Source of the DNA: an uncultured Candidatus Rokubacteria bacterium
Lineage (GTDB): Bacteria; Methylomirabilota; Methylomirabilia; Rokubacteriales; CSP1-6
Assembly: GCA_963758635.1 (NCBI GenBank)
Contig: CAVWWD010000008.1
Location: 896,001 to 960,000, forward strand
DNA length: 64,000 nucleotides
Reading direction: 5' to 3'
Position 1 is the first letter of the stretch; each line of letters begins with the position of its first letter. Below the pieces are notes generated by a model. That model searched no databases, was not told the DNA's origin, and saw only the letters and a program-made list of their open reading frames with translations. Position numbers and translations under genes: made by a program. Positions 51,258-61,142 of this stretch are shown piece after piece.

Positions 51258-51312
51258 TGCCGTCGGGGCGCCTTCGCAGGGCTCCGGCGCCCGACGGTCG
51301 GGGAAGTCAACC
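51258..51312 (-). repeat. hairpin leader repeat, family C, copy 1
   Basis: GCCGTCGGGGCGCC..GGCGCCCGACGGTCGGG..GTCAACC; also at 54079-54133, with a half copy to about 54182. Confidence 0.75.
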
Positions 51313-51474
51313 GTGCCAAGTCATCCCGGAGAAGTCTTCCCGGAGAAGTCTTCGAACCCCCCCGACGCCCGGGGAAGTCGTCACGGACGGGCCCTCGGGA
51401 TGCGGGGCGCGTGCCGGGACCGATCGTGCCACGCGCGGCGGCGCCTCGTCAAAGCCGCCTGCTATACTCCCGGC

Positions 51475-52683
51475 GTGCCCGACGACTCGCTCCTCCTCGA
51501 CGGCCTCGTCGTCCTCGATCTCACGCGCGTCCTCGCCGGGCCGTACTGCACGCGTCTCCTGAGCGACATGGGCGCGCGCGTGATCAAGGTGGAGCGGCCC
51601 GGCGAGGGCGACGAGACGCGACGGGCGCCGCACCAGCTCGACCCCGACCGCGAGGACCAGTCGAGCTACTTCGCGCGGGTGAACGCGGGCAAGGAGAGCG
51701 TGGCCCTGGACCTCGCGCGTCCGGAGGCGCAGGCCGTGGCCCTCGACCTGGCTCGGCACGCCGACGTGTTCATCGAGAACTTCGCCCCCGGCGTGGTGGC
51801 CCGGCTCGGCTGCGACTACGAGGCGGTGCGGGCGGTGAAGCCCGACATCGTCTACTGCTCGATCTCGGGCTTCGGCCAGACCGGCCCGTGGCGGCATCGG
51901 CCCGCCTTCGCCCACATCGCCAACGCGATCTCCGGCCTGATGTACCTGGAGCAGGGGCACGACGCGAACCCCAAGGCGTCGAACCTGCAGGCCGCCGACG
52001 TGCTCGCGGCCACCCACGCGTGCGGCGCCATCCTCGGCGCGCTCGTGCGGCGCGGGCGCACGGGGAAGGGCGCGCGCCTCGACGTCTCGATGCTCGAGGC
52101 GCTGGTCGCGGCGGACAGCGTGACGTATCCCTCGGTGCTGAACGGCGGCGAGGAGCACGGGAACCCGCGCAGCGGGATGCTCGTGCACCGGATCGGCGAC
52201 CGCTACCTCGTCATGCAGAGCGTGGGCGCGCCGCGGCTCTTCGAGCGGCTGCTCGAGGTGATGGGCAAGAAGGAGCTCGCGCAGGACCCGCGCTTCGCCA
52301 AGTCGCTGGAGCGGCGGGAGCACTGGCCGGAGCTGGCCGAGATCATCACGGAGTGGCTGTCGGGCTTCCCCGACGTGGACGCCGCGCTCGAGGTGCTCGA
52401 GCGGGCGCGGATCCCGTCGGCGCCGGTGCTGAAGCCGGCCGACGTCATCGCCGCCCCGCACCTGGCCGAGCGACGCTTCTTCCCCACGCTGCCGCACCCG
52501 GCCAAGGGCACGGTGACGGTGACGGCGAGCCCGTACCACCTGGATGGCCGGCCGGTGCACCCGCGCGCGCGGGCCGCGTACCGGGTGGGCGAGCACACGC
52601 GCACGGTGCTGACGGGACTCCTCGGCTACGACGAGGCCCGCATCGCGAGCCTCGTCGCGGCCAAGGCGGTGGAGCTCCCGTAA
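51475..52683 (+). CDS. CaiB/BaiF family III CoA transferase
   Basis: LDLTRVLAGPYCTRLLSDMGARVIKVE, NAGKESVALDL, ENFAPG, SISGFGQTGP; TATACT just upstream. Confidence 0.93.
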   Translation: MPDDSLLLDGLVVLDLTRVLAGPYCTRLLSDMGARVIKVERPGEGDETRRAPHQLDPDREDQSSYFARVNAGKESVALDLARPEAQAVALDLARHADVFIENFAPGVVARLGCDYEAVRAVKPDIVYCSISGFGQTGPWRHRPAFAHIANAISGLMYLEQGHDANPKASNLQAADVLAATHACGAILGALVRRGRTGKGARLDVSMLEALVAADSVTYPSVLNGGEEHGNPRSGMLVHRIGDRYLVMQSVGAPRLFERLLEVMGKKELAQDPRFAKSLERREHWPELAEIITEWLSGFPDVDAALEVLERARIPSAPVLKPADVIAAPHLAERRFFPTLPHPAKGTVTVTASPYHLDGRPVHPRARAAYRVGEHTRTVLTGLLGYDEARIASLVAAKAVELP

Positions 52684-52689
52684 GGCGGG

Positions 52690-53625
52690 CTACTTCTTCG
52701 CGGGGGTGTGCTTCCCCGTGAGCTGCGGCGTCGTGCCTTCCTGTCCCTTCTCCTGACGGTCCAGGCGCGTCTCGCGCGCCCACGTCCGCTTCAGGTCGTC
52801 GCGGATGTTGAACCGGAGCCGGCCCAGCCCGTCGCTCTCGATCTCCACGGTATCGCCGTCCTGGAACGCCGAGAGGCCGCGGTGGTTGGTGCCGGTGGCG
52901 AGGACGTTGCCGGGCTCCAGCGTGTGGATCGAGGTGACCCACTCGATGCAGCGCGGGATCTTGTGGGCCATGTCGTCGGTGTTGAAGTTCTGCTTGATCG
53001 TGCCGTTCACCCAGAGGCGCACCTGGAGGCGGTGAGGGTCGGCGATCTCGTCGGCGGTGACGATGTACGGGCCCATCGGCGCGAAGGTGTCGCGGGACTT
53101 CATCTGGTAGAACGTGTTGCCCGCGGGGGCCAGGCCGCGCGCCGAGCCGTCGATGAAGTTGGTGTAGCCGAACACGTAGCTCATCGCATCGGCGGCGCGC
53201 ACGTTCGACGCCCGCTTGCCGATGATCAGCGCGACCTCGGCCTCGCCCTCGAAGATGGTGGCGGGCACGTCGGGCAGGACCATCGTGTCGCCGTTGCCGA
53301 TGACCGCGCCGGGCGACTTGTGGAACGCGTTGATGGGGGCGGGCTCGCTGCGCGTGCCGTCCTCCATGTAGTTGACGGCCATGCAGTCGATGTTGCCGGG
53401 GGCGGGCAGCGGCGGCCGGATCCGCACCGAGGCGAGCGGGACGCCCTTGCCCTGCGCCGCCGCCTGCTCCAGCTTGCCCTTGTAGTCCGCCCACCGCTCG
53501 ATGAGCCCGCTGATCCGGTTGCCCGGCCCGGTGTGCGGGATGTCGCGCACCACCGCCGACACGTCCACCACCGCGTCACCCTTGAGCACGCCCAGCTTGA
53601 AGTCGTCGAAATGGAGAAGCTTCAC
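52690..53625 (-). CDS. fumarylacetoacetate hydrolase family protein
   Basis: MAVNY, FEGEAEVALIIGK, GYTNFIDGSAR, KSRDTFAPMGP, LEPGNVLATGT. Confidence 0.92.
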   Translation of the reverse strand: MKLLHFDDFKLGVLKGDAVVDVSAVVRDIPHTGPGNRISGLIERWADYKGKLEQAAAQGKGVPLASVRIRPPLPAPGNIDCMAVNYMEDGTRSEPAPINAFHKSPGAVIGNGDTMVLPDVPATIFEGEAEVALIIGKRASNVRAADAMSYVFGYTNFIDGSARGLAPAGNTFYQMKSRDTFAPMGPYIVTADEIADPHRLQVRLWVNGTIKQNFNTDDMAHKIPRCIEWVTSIHTLEPGNVLATGTNHRGLSAFQDGDTVEIESDGLGRLRFNIRDDLKRTWARETRLDRQEKGQEGTTPQLTGKHTPAKK

Positions 53626-53702
53626 GGGGACCTCCTGTCTGTCCGCATCACCTGCGATTGAAGGTGGATCTGCGATCTGCCATTGGCCGCTGAGCCCGTC
53701 GC

Positions 53703-54053
53703 CTACTCGACGGGGACGAAGATGCAGTGCCGGATCTTCCCGCCGACGGCCTTGGAGAGATGCCCCTTGCCCGTGGTGTCCTCGACCAGGATCACCTCGC
53801 CGGCCCCGATGACGCGGGCCTCCCCGTCGCTCGCCGTGATCTGCACGCCCGCGTCGAGGTTGATGATGTACTGCCGGCGCGGCGCGGGGTGCCAGTCGAG
53901 GTCGTAGTCGGGCTGGACCTGCCGGAAGATGATGCCGGTGGCGGGCAGGCGCTTGGAGAGCTTGCCCGCCCGTGTCTCCTCGGCCCACTCGACCTCGATG
54001 TCACGGAAGTGCGACTGGCCCTTCGCGTCGGTGTAGAGATTGTGGATGCGCAT
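53703..54053 (-). CDS. small cupin-like protein
   Basis: LYTDAKGQSHF, DWHPAPRRQY, LVEDTTGKGH; paralogue of 59719-60060. Confidence 0.8.
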   Translation of the reverse strand: MRIHNLYTDAKGQSHFRDIEVEWAEETRAGKLSKRLPATGIIFRQVQPDYDLDWHPAPRRQYIINLDAGVQITASDGEARVIGAGEVILVEDTTGKGHLSKAVGGKIRHCIFVPVE

Positions 54054-54078
54054 GTCTTGGTCCTTTCATCTTCCGTTT

Positions 54079-54182
54079 CGCCGTCGGGGCGCCTGCGCGG
54101 AGCCTCCGGCGCCCGACGGTCGGGCGGTCAACCGTTCACTGCCTTGCGCGGCGGCGCGGGCCCGACGGTCGGGCAGTCAACC
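54079..54182 (-). repeat. hairpin leader repeat, family C, copy 2 plus partial duplication
   Basis: GCCGTCGGGGCGCC..GGCGCCCGACGGTCGGGCGGTCAACC then GCCCGACGGTCGGGCAGTCAACC. Confidence 0.75.
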
Positions 54183-54201
54183 CGTCCCCTTGGCTTCGCG
54201 G

Positions 54202-54891
54202 TCAGCCCAGCAGCAGGCGCGTCAGCTCCTCGGGCTGGCTCAGCATCGGGTAGTGACCGGTGTCGAGCTCGTGGTACGCGGCGCCCAGGCGCTCGGCGGT
54301 GCGGCGCTGGTGCGTCTCGGGCGGGTTCGCGGCCCGGCGACAGCGCACGACGGTCGCCGGCCACTTCTGGGACCAGAAGCTGTCGAGCGTCACCGGCGCC
54401 TCCAGCGCCGCCACCGGGTGCGGCGTGTAGCGCGCGAGCGCCCAGGCCCGCGTGGCCGGATCGAGGTCCGCGAAGAGCCGCTGCTCGGCGTCCTTCCGCG
54501 AGGGGCCGGTGGTGATGGCCGTCACCTCGTTCGCGGCCGCCCGCTTCACGATGCCGGACACCTGCTCACCCGACATCAGCGCGAGGGCGTCCACGAACGC
54601 GAGCCGCGCGATGCGGTCGCGGGCCTGCTCGGCGGCCCGGCACACCACCATGCCGCCGGAGCTGGTGCCGGCGAGGACCACGCCGGACAGGTCCTCGTAG
54701 AAGAGGAGCCCGGCGATCTCCGCCGCGTGCGTGTCGACGGTGATGCCGGGCCGGACGCTCCCGTGGCGCTCGGCGCAGCCGTCCAGGGTGGGAGCGAACA
54801 CGGTGTGGCCGGCGGCGCGGAGCCGCTCGGCGACGGGCTTCCAGATCCATCCGCCCTGGTAGGCGCCGTGAACGAGCACGTAGGTGGCCAT
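54202..54891 (-). CDS. alpha/beta hydrolase (esterase-like)
   Basis: VLVHGAYQGGWIW, GTSSGG nucleophile elbow, TGHYPMLSQP. Confidence 0.9.
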   Translation of the reverse strand: MATYVLVHGAYQGGWIWKPVAERLRAAGHTVFAPTLDGCAERHGSVRPGITVDTHAAEIAGLLFYEDLSGVVLAGTSSGGMVVCRAAEQARDRIARLAFVDALALMSGEQVSGIVKRAAANEVTAITTGPSRKDAEQRLFADLDPATRAWALARYTPHPVAALEAPVTLDSFWSQKWPATVVRCRRAANPPETHQRRTAERLGAAYHELDTGHYPMLSQPEELTRLLLG

Positions 54892-54908
54892 GGGGTCTCC
54901 GTTGTCAC

Positions 54909-55005
54909 GTTGTGACGGAACGCCGATTTCGACTTCGCCGTGCGGGCCAACACCGCGACTCCGCGTACACGCGCGCGGCCGACTCGCCAGTCATCTCACA
55001 AACTG
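54909..55005 (-). mobile_element. ~97-bp MITE-like element, family D, copy 1
   Basis: TGGCGAG..GTGTACGCGGAGTCGCG..GGCGAAGTCG..TCACAAC; homologous to 59608-59703 and 62103-62200. Confidence 0.7.
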
Positions 55006-55941
55006 CTACCGCGAGGCGAACCGCGGGAACACCTCGGCGGCGATCTGCTCGAGCTGCCGCTCGGTGTCCTCGTTGTCGCAGATGGGGTTCATGACGAAGT
55101 ACGTGCAGCCGGCGTCCACGAAGCGCTGGAGCTGCTCCGCGCACTGCGCCGCCGTCCCGATGATGCCGTAACGGCCGGCGAGGGGCCCGAAGTCCTGCGC
55201 GTAGCGCTGGCTGAGCAGGCGCACCCAGGTGTCGCGCGCGCGCTCGTGGTCGTCGCCGATGGTGACGAAGGCGAGGTGCGAGTTGACGAAGCCGTCGAGC
55301 GATCGCCCGGTCCGCCCCGCCTCCTCGCGGATCTTCGCCACGGACTGCCCGTAGCGCTGGGCGTCGACCACGTACGACATCCACCCGTCGCCCTGGCGCG
55401 CCGCCCGCGCCAGCGCGGCGTCGGACCGCCCGCCGATCCAGATGGGCGGCCCCGGCTGCTGCACCGGCTTGGGGTCGATGCTCACGCCGTCGAAACTGGT
55501 GAAGCGGCCGTGGAACGACGCCGGCGTGTCGCGCCAGAGCGCGCGCACGACGTCGATGCCCTCGGTCACGCGCGCCCCGCGCTCCTTGTGCGGAACGCCG
55601 CAGACCTCGAACTCCTTGCGGTTCTCGCCGCCCACGCCCACGCCGAAGATGAGGCGGCCGCCGGACAGCGCGTCGAGGGTGGACGTGGCCTTGGCCGCGA
55701 TGGCGGGCGCGCGCAGCGCGAGCAGGTACACGCCGGTGCCGAGGCGGATGCGCGTGGTGATGCTGGCGTAGCTCGCGAGGAGCGTCAGCGACTCGAAGAT
55801 CGGGTTGTGGAAGGAGACGTGGTCGCCGGACCAGATCGACTCGAAGCCCAGCTCCTCGATGCGGCGGACGAGACGGAACTGCTCCTGCGGCGGACGCGGA
55901 GACGGCGACGACGGCGAGGCGCCGAAGTGGATCGCGGGCAC
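55006..55941 (-). CDS. LLM-class flavin-dependent oxidoreductase
   Basis: EELGFESIWSGDH, AKATSTLDALSGGRLIFGVGVGG, PKPVQQPGPPIWIGG. Confidence 0.92.
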   Translation of the reverse strand: MPAIHFGASPSSPSPRPPQEQFRLVRRIEELGFESIWSGDHVSFHNPIFESLTLLASYASITTRIRLGTGVYLLALRAPAIAAKATSTLDALSGGRLIFGVGVGGENRKEFEVCGVPHKERGARVTEGIDVVRALWRDTPASFHGRFTSFDGVSIDPKPVQQPGPPIWIGGRSDAALARAARQGDGWMSYVVDAQRYGQSVAKIREEAGRTGRSLDGFVNSHLAFVTIGDDHERARDTWVRLLSQRYAQDFGPLAGRYGIIGTAAQCAEQLQRFVDAGCTYFVMNPICDNEDTERQLEQIAAEVFPRFASR

Positions 55942-55988
55942 GGGCGGCAGGGTATCACGAGGGCGACGTGCTAGACTAGCCGCTCGAC

Positions 55989-56936
55989 ATGACCAACATC
56001 ACGAAGATCACGCCCGAGATTCGCCAGCTCGCGTCCGGTCTGCGGTTTCCCGAAGGGCCCGTGGCGATGCCCGACGGCTCCGTCGTGCTCGTGGAGATCG
56101 AGCGGCGCACGCTGTCGCGCGTCGGCGCCGACGGGAAGGTGAGCGTGGTCGCCACGCTGGGCGGCGGCCCCAACGGCGCGGCGATGGGACCGGGCGGCAA
56201 GATCTACGTCGCCAACAACGGCGGACTGAAGTTCCTGGAGCGGCCGGGTCGTCTCTTCCCGGTGGCCCAGTCCGACGACTACGTCCGCGGCTCGATCCAG
56301 GTGGTGGACCCCGACACGGGGAAGCTCGACACGCTCTACGACGCGTGCGAGGGGCGGCCGCTGCACGGGCCCAACGACCTGGTGTTCGACAGCGCGGGCG
56401 GCTTCTGGTTCACCGACCTCGGCAAGACGCGCGACCGCGACGCTGACCGTGGCGCCGTCTGCTACGCGAAGGCCGACGGCTCGGCCATCCGCGAGGCGAT
56501 CTTCCCGCTCGAGCGCCCGAACGGCATCGGGCTGTCTCCGGACGAGCGCACCCTCTACGTGGTCGAGACGCCCACCGCGCGGTGCTGGGCGTTTCGCCTG
56601 TCCGGGCCGGGCGAGATCGAGTCGGCCAACGGACCGTACCGCGGCGAGAAGGGCACGGTGGTCGCGGGCCTCGGCGGCTACCAGATGTTCGACTCGCTGG
56701 CCGTCGACAGCGAGGGCCACGTGTGCGTGGCCACGCTGATCACCGGCGCGGTGAGCGACATCTGGCCGGACGGCAGCCGCGTGGACCAGTACATGCTGCC
56801 CGACATGATGGTGACCAACGTCTGCTTCGGCGGGGTCGAGCTGCGCACCGCCTTCGCCACGCTGTCGATGGGCGGCACGCTCGTGTCCTTCGAGTGGCCG
56901 CGCCCGGGCCTGGCCCTCAACCACCTGAACAAGTAG
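55989..56936 (+). CDS. SMP-30/gluconolactonase/LRE family protein
   Basis: GLRFPEGP, GGPNG, GPNDLVFD, PNGIGLSPDERTLYV, FDSLAVD, TNVCFGG. Confidence 0.93.
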   Translation: MTNITKITPEIRQLASGLRFPEGPVAMPDGSVVLVEIERRTLSRVGADGKVSVVATLGGGPNGAAMGPGGKIYVANNGGLKFLERPGRLFPVAQSDDYVRGSIQVVDPDTGKLDTLYDACEGRPLHGPNDLVFDSAGGFWFTDLGKTRDRDADRGAVCYAKADGSAIREAIFPLERPNGIGLSPDERTLYVVETPTARCWAFRLSGPGEIESANGPYRGEKGTVVAGLGGYQMFDSLAVDSEGHVCVATLITGAVSDIWPDGSRVDQYMLPDMMVTNVCFGGVELRTAFATLSMGGTLVSFEWPRPGLALNHLNK

Positions 56937-56943
56937 AGGACCC

Positions 56944-58246
56944 ATGGCGCAACCGGGACCGCTACGGGCTGCCGCTTTCCACGGCGTCGGCCGTGGCGGC
57001 CGAGCGGTACCAGGAGGGCATGGATCGCCTCCTCGCCTACGGCCCGGAGGCGGACGAGCGGTTCGCCGCGGCCGCGACCGCCGATCCCGACTTCGCGCTG
57101 GCCCACGCCGGCGTGGCGCTCTGCGCCTTCGTCCGCGGGGACGGGCCCACGGCGCGCGCCGCGCTAGAACAGGCGCGCGAGCGCGTCGGCGGCTGGCGAC
57201 CGCCGCGAGCGCCAGCACGTGGCAGGCGCTGGGCGCGCTGCTCGGCGGCGAGACGGCGCGCGGGCTCGGCCTGGTGGACGAGCACCTGAAGGAGTTCCCG
57301 CGGGACGCCCTGCTGGTGAACCAGGCGAGCAGCAGCATCGGCTTCGCGGGCGGCGCGGATCGCGAGGAGCACCGTCGCGCGTTCGTCGAGCGGCTGGCGC
57401 CCGCGCTACGGGGACGACTGGTGGTATCAGTCCGCGCTCGCGTTCACGTACCACGAGGTGGGACGGCTCGAGGAGTCGCGCGTCCTGTCCGAGCGCTCGC
57501 TGGCCCAGCATCCGGGCAACGCCAACGCCAGCCACAACATCGCCCACGTGATGTTCGAGACGGCCAGCCACGACGAGGGCGCGGCGTTCCTGTCCGACTG
57601 GCTCCGCGACTACGACCGGCGGGCGTCCTTCCACTGCCACCTCGTCTGGCACCTGGCGCTCTTCGAGCTCCAGCGCGGAGACTCGGCGCGCTCGCTCCAG
57701 ATCTTCGACCGGGACATGGTGGGCTCGTCGAATGCCCGCCTCACCGTGATCGACGGCGCCGCGCTCCTGTGGCGGTTCGTCCTGTACGGGTGTCCGGAGA
57801 CGCCGCTGCCGTGGCGCCCGCTCGCCGAGCTGGCGCCGAGCATCGCGCGGCCCGGCTTCGTGTTCGGCGACATCCACGTGGCCCTCGTCTACGCGGCCAC
57901 CGGCGACCACGCCGCGCTCGCCAAGCTGATCGCGGGGCTGGAGGCCCTCCACGCCAAGGGCCATCCGGTGGCGGGCACGGTGGCGCTGCCCATGGTGAAG
58001 GGCGCGGCGGCGTTCGCCGCCGGCGACTACACCGGCACGCTCGACCACCTCGTGCCGGTCGCCCCGGAGATGCACCGGGTCGGCGGGAGCCACGCGCAGT
58101 GGGAGCTGTTCGAGGAGACGATCGTCGCCGCCTACCTGCGGCTCGGGAGGACCGAGGACGCGCTCCGCCTCCTGCGGCGGCGCCTCGAGCATCGGTCCGC
58201 GCCGCGCGACCTCGCCTGGCTCGCCCAGGCCGAAGCCGCGCGCTGA
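56944..58246 (+). CDS. TTC38-like tetratricopeptide repeat protein; about three frameshifts
   Basis: DRYGLPLST, DPDFALAHA, HLKEFPRDAL, ASHNIAHV, HCHLVWHLAL, RVGGSHAQWELFE across frames. Confidence 0.85.
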
Positions 58247-58275
58247 CCCCGCGCCACCCCGGCGAGGCGCCCGCC

Positions 58276-58743
58276 GTGGCCGATCCGCTCCGCGACCTCC
58301 TCGACCGGGCCGAGCTCGAGGAGCTGATGAACCGCTACGCGTCGAGCATCGACGGGCGCGATTGGCCGCGGCTCCGCACGGTGTTCCTGGACGAGATCGA
58401 GGCGGACTTCACGAGCATGGGCGTGAAGCAGCCGTTCCGGGGCACGGCCGACGAGTGGGTCGAGCGCGTACGGCAGACCATCACCGGCTTCGACGCCACC
58501 CAGCACTTCTTCGCCAACCACTCGGCCGAGATCGACGCCGATCGTGCCATCGACACCCGCTACATGCAGGCGCGCCACGACCTCGGCGACAGCCACTACA
58601 CGATCGGCGGCTACTACACCGGACACATGACGCGGACCCCGGCGGGCTGGCGCATCGCCCGCTACACGCTCACCGTGGCTTTCCACGACGGGGACCGCCG
58701 GCTCATGGGCATCGCCTACCGGAAGGCGACCGGCCGCGCCTGA
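58276..58743 (+). CDS. SnoaL/NTF2-like family protein
   Basis: DRAELEELMNRYASSIDGRDW, TQHFFAN, GGYY..RTPAGWRI. Confidence 0.88.
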   Translation: MADPLRDLLDRAELEELMNRYASSIDGRDWPRLRTVFLDEIEADFTSMGVKQPFRGTADEWVERVRQTITGFDATQHFFANHSAEIDADRAIDTRYMQARHDLGDSHYTIGGYYTGHMTRTPAGWRIARYTLTVAFHDGDRRLMGIAYRKATGRA

Positions 58744-58777
58744 CTTGCTCGCGCCGCCAGACGCCGCCCGGCGCCGG

Positions 58778-59552
58778 CTAGCGGCCCTTTGAACTTCGGC
58801 TCGCGCTTCTCGAGGAAGGCGCGGATCGCCTCCGCGGTGTCCTCGGTGCCGGAGTTCACGGTCTGGGCCATGCCCTCGGCCTCGAGCGCCTCGTCGAGGC
58901 TCATCGAGAACGCGTTGGTGAGCAGGCGCTTGGTCATGGCCAGGGCGAGCGGCGGGCCGGCGGCGAGGCGACCGGCCCAGTCGGCGACGAAGGCGTCCAG
59001 CTCGCCGGCCGGTACCACGCGGTTCACGAGGCCCATCTCCGCCGCCTCCTTGGCGGAGATGATGTCGGCGAGCAGCGCCAGCTCCTTCGCCCGGTGCATG
59101 CCGACCAGCCGCGGCAGGAGCCAGGAGCCGCCGAAGTCGATGCTGAGCCCGCGACGCGCGAAGATCTCCGAGAAGCGCGCGGTCTCCGAGGCCACGATCA
59201 GGTCGCAGCCGAGCGCCATGTTCATGCCCGCGCCCACGGCCACGCCGTTCACCTTGGCGATCGTCGGCTTCGGGATGCGATGCAGGGCGAGCGCGATGTC
59301 GGCCACCCAGTGCAGGCGGGTGAGGGTATGACGGGTGTCGCTGCCGCGGTCGCCGAGGTCGGCGCCCGAGCAGAAGGCGTCGCCGGCGCCGGTGATCACG
59401 AGGACCCGGTCGGTCGGGGTGGCGTCCACCTCGCGGAACACCGCGAGCAGCTCGTCGAACATCATCCGGTTCATCGCGTTCTTCTTCTCGGGGCGGTTGA
59501 GCGTCAGCGTCACCACCCCGTTGGGCGCGCGGTCCAGGCGAACGGTCTCCAT
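58778..59552 (-). CDS. enoyl-CoA hydratase/isomerase family protein; indel just before the stop
   Basis: LNRPEKKNA, AFCSGADL, KPTIAKVNGVAVGAG, AFLEKREPKF. Confidence 0.93.
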
Positions 59553-59607
59553 GTCAGTCCTCCTCGGCCGCGTATGCTAGCATGCCGACGGCAGTGACAT
59601 CAGCGCA

Positions 59608-59703
59608 GAGGGTGCGGGGGAATGGCGAGGGCCCGCGTGTGTACGCAGAATCGCGGTGGCGCCCCGCGTGGCGGAGTCAACAACCGCATTGCTTCACAAC
59701 CCG
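59608..59703 (+). mobile_element. MITE-like element, family D, copy 2
   Basis: GAGGGTGCGGGGGAATGGCGAG..GTGTACGCAGAATCGCG..CATTGCTTCACAACCC. Confidence 0.7.
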
Positions 59704-59718
59704 AACGGGAGGATCGCG

Positions 59719-60060
59719 ATGCCAACGTTCCGGCTCTACACGGGGAGCGACGGTCAGTCGCACGTCGAGCCCATCGACCTCGCGAAGACAGCGGACTGGA
59801 CGAAGGGCCTGGCCACCACGCAGATCGCGTTCCGCGAGGATGCCGTGGGGCGTTTCATCGACTGGCACCCGGCGCCGCGCCGGCAGTTCGTCATCATCCT
59901 GTCCGGGCAGCTCGACATCGGCCTCGGCGACGGCTCCCACCACATCTTCGGCCCGGGCGACGCGCGCCTGGTCGAGGACACGACGGGCAAGGGCCACACC
60001 ACGCGCGTGCACGGCAACCAGCCGTGCGTGACCGCCACGATTCCGCTCGCCCAGCAGTGA
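59719..60060 (+). CDS. small cupin-like protein
   Basis: LYTGSDGQSHV, DWHPAPRRQF, LVEDTTGKGH; GGAGG RBS. Confidence 0.8.
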   Translation: MPTFRLYTGSDGQSHVEPIDLAKTADWTKGLATTQIAFREDAVGRFIDWHPAPRRQFVIILSGQLDIGLGDGSHHIFGPGDARLVEDTTGKGHTTRVHGNQPCVTATIPLAQQ

Positions 60061-60110
60061 CCGGGCGACCGCCGAGCGCCCCCGGAAGGAGTTCCTGAAA
60101 GGAGCCCACG

Positions 60111-61076
60111 ATGCCGAAGATCCTGTTCGCGCCCACGCAAGCCGCACCCGTCCTCGACCTCGCGAAGCCCATGGTCCCGCCCGGGTTCGAGCTGGTGGTG
60201 GCCAACATCGGCACCCCGGAGTTCTACAAGGCCGCCGCCGACGCCGAGTACTACCTGGGCCTCGCCCGCCAGATGGGCGGCGAGTTCTTCCGCTCCGCGC
60301 CGAACCTGAAGCTGGTGCAGCTCCTGAGCGCGGGCTACGACCACGTGGACGTCGAGGCGGCGCGCAAGGCCGGCGTGCCCGTGTGCAACAACGGCGGCGC
60401 CAACGCCATCGCGGTGGCCGAGCACACGCTCCTGCTCACCCTCGCCGTGCTGAAGCGGCTCGTGAAGTTCCACAACGACGTGGTCGCCGGGCAGTGGCGG
60501 AAGACCGAGCCGGGCGAGCAGCGGGTGCACGAGCTGGCAGGGCGCACGGTGGGGATCATCGGCCTCGGCAACATCGGCAAGAAGGTGGCGCGGCGCATGG
60601 CCGCCTTCGACGCGGACGTCCAGTACTACGACATCCACCGCCTGACCGAGGACCAGGAGGACGCCCTCGGCGTGCGCTTCGTGCTGCTGCCCGAGCTGCT
60701 GCGGACCTCCGACGTCGTGAGCCTGCACGTGCCGCTGGACGACTCGACGCGCAAGATGATCGGCGCCGACCAGCTCGCGCTCATGCCGCCGACGGCGATC
60801 CTCGTGAACACGTGCCGCGGTCCGGTCGTGGACGAGGACGCGCTCCACGCCGCGCTCCGCGACAAGCGCATCCTGGCCGCGGGCCTCGACGTGATGGTGG
60901 AGGAGCCGCCGAAGCCGAACCACCCGCTGTTCAGCCTGCCCAACGTGACGCTCACGCCGCACAGCGCGGGGCCGACGTGGGAGAACTGGACGGCGCGGTT
61001 CCGGAACGGGTTCGACAACATCCAGCGCGTGGCGGCGGGCCGCCCGCCGAAGTGGGTCATCCCCGAGCTGACCTGA
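60111..61076 (+). CDS. D-2-hydroxyacid dehydrogenase
   Basis: GIIGLGNIG, NTCRG, LDVMVEEP, LTPHSAG. Confidence 0.92.
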   Translation: MPKILFAPTQAAPVLDLAKPMVPPGFELVVANIGTPEFYKAAADAEYYLGLARQMGGEFFRSAPNLKLVQLLSAGYDHVDVEAARKAGVPVCNNGGANAIAVAEHTLLLTLAVLKRLVKFHNDVVAGQWRKTEPGEQRVHELAGRTVGIIGLGNIGKKVARRMAAFDADVQYYDIHRLTEDQEDALGVRFVLLPELLRTSDVVSLHVPLDDSTRKMIGADQLALMPPTAILVNTCRGPVVDEDALHAALRDKRILAAGLDVMVEEPPKPNHPLFSLPNVTLTPHSAGPTWENWTARFRNGFDNIQRVAAGRPPKWVIPELT

Positions 61077-61103
61077 TCGCGGTGCACGGGGACCTCGGCG
61101 CCG

Positions 61104-61136
61104 GGTGCGGGCGGGCGAAGCCCGGGCGCCCGCACC
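61104..61136. repeat. REP-like palindrome, family A, copy 3
   Basis: GGTGCGGGCGGGCGAAGCCCGGGCGCCCGCACC. Confidence 0.85.
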
Positions 61137-61142
61137 TGGTAA

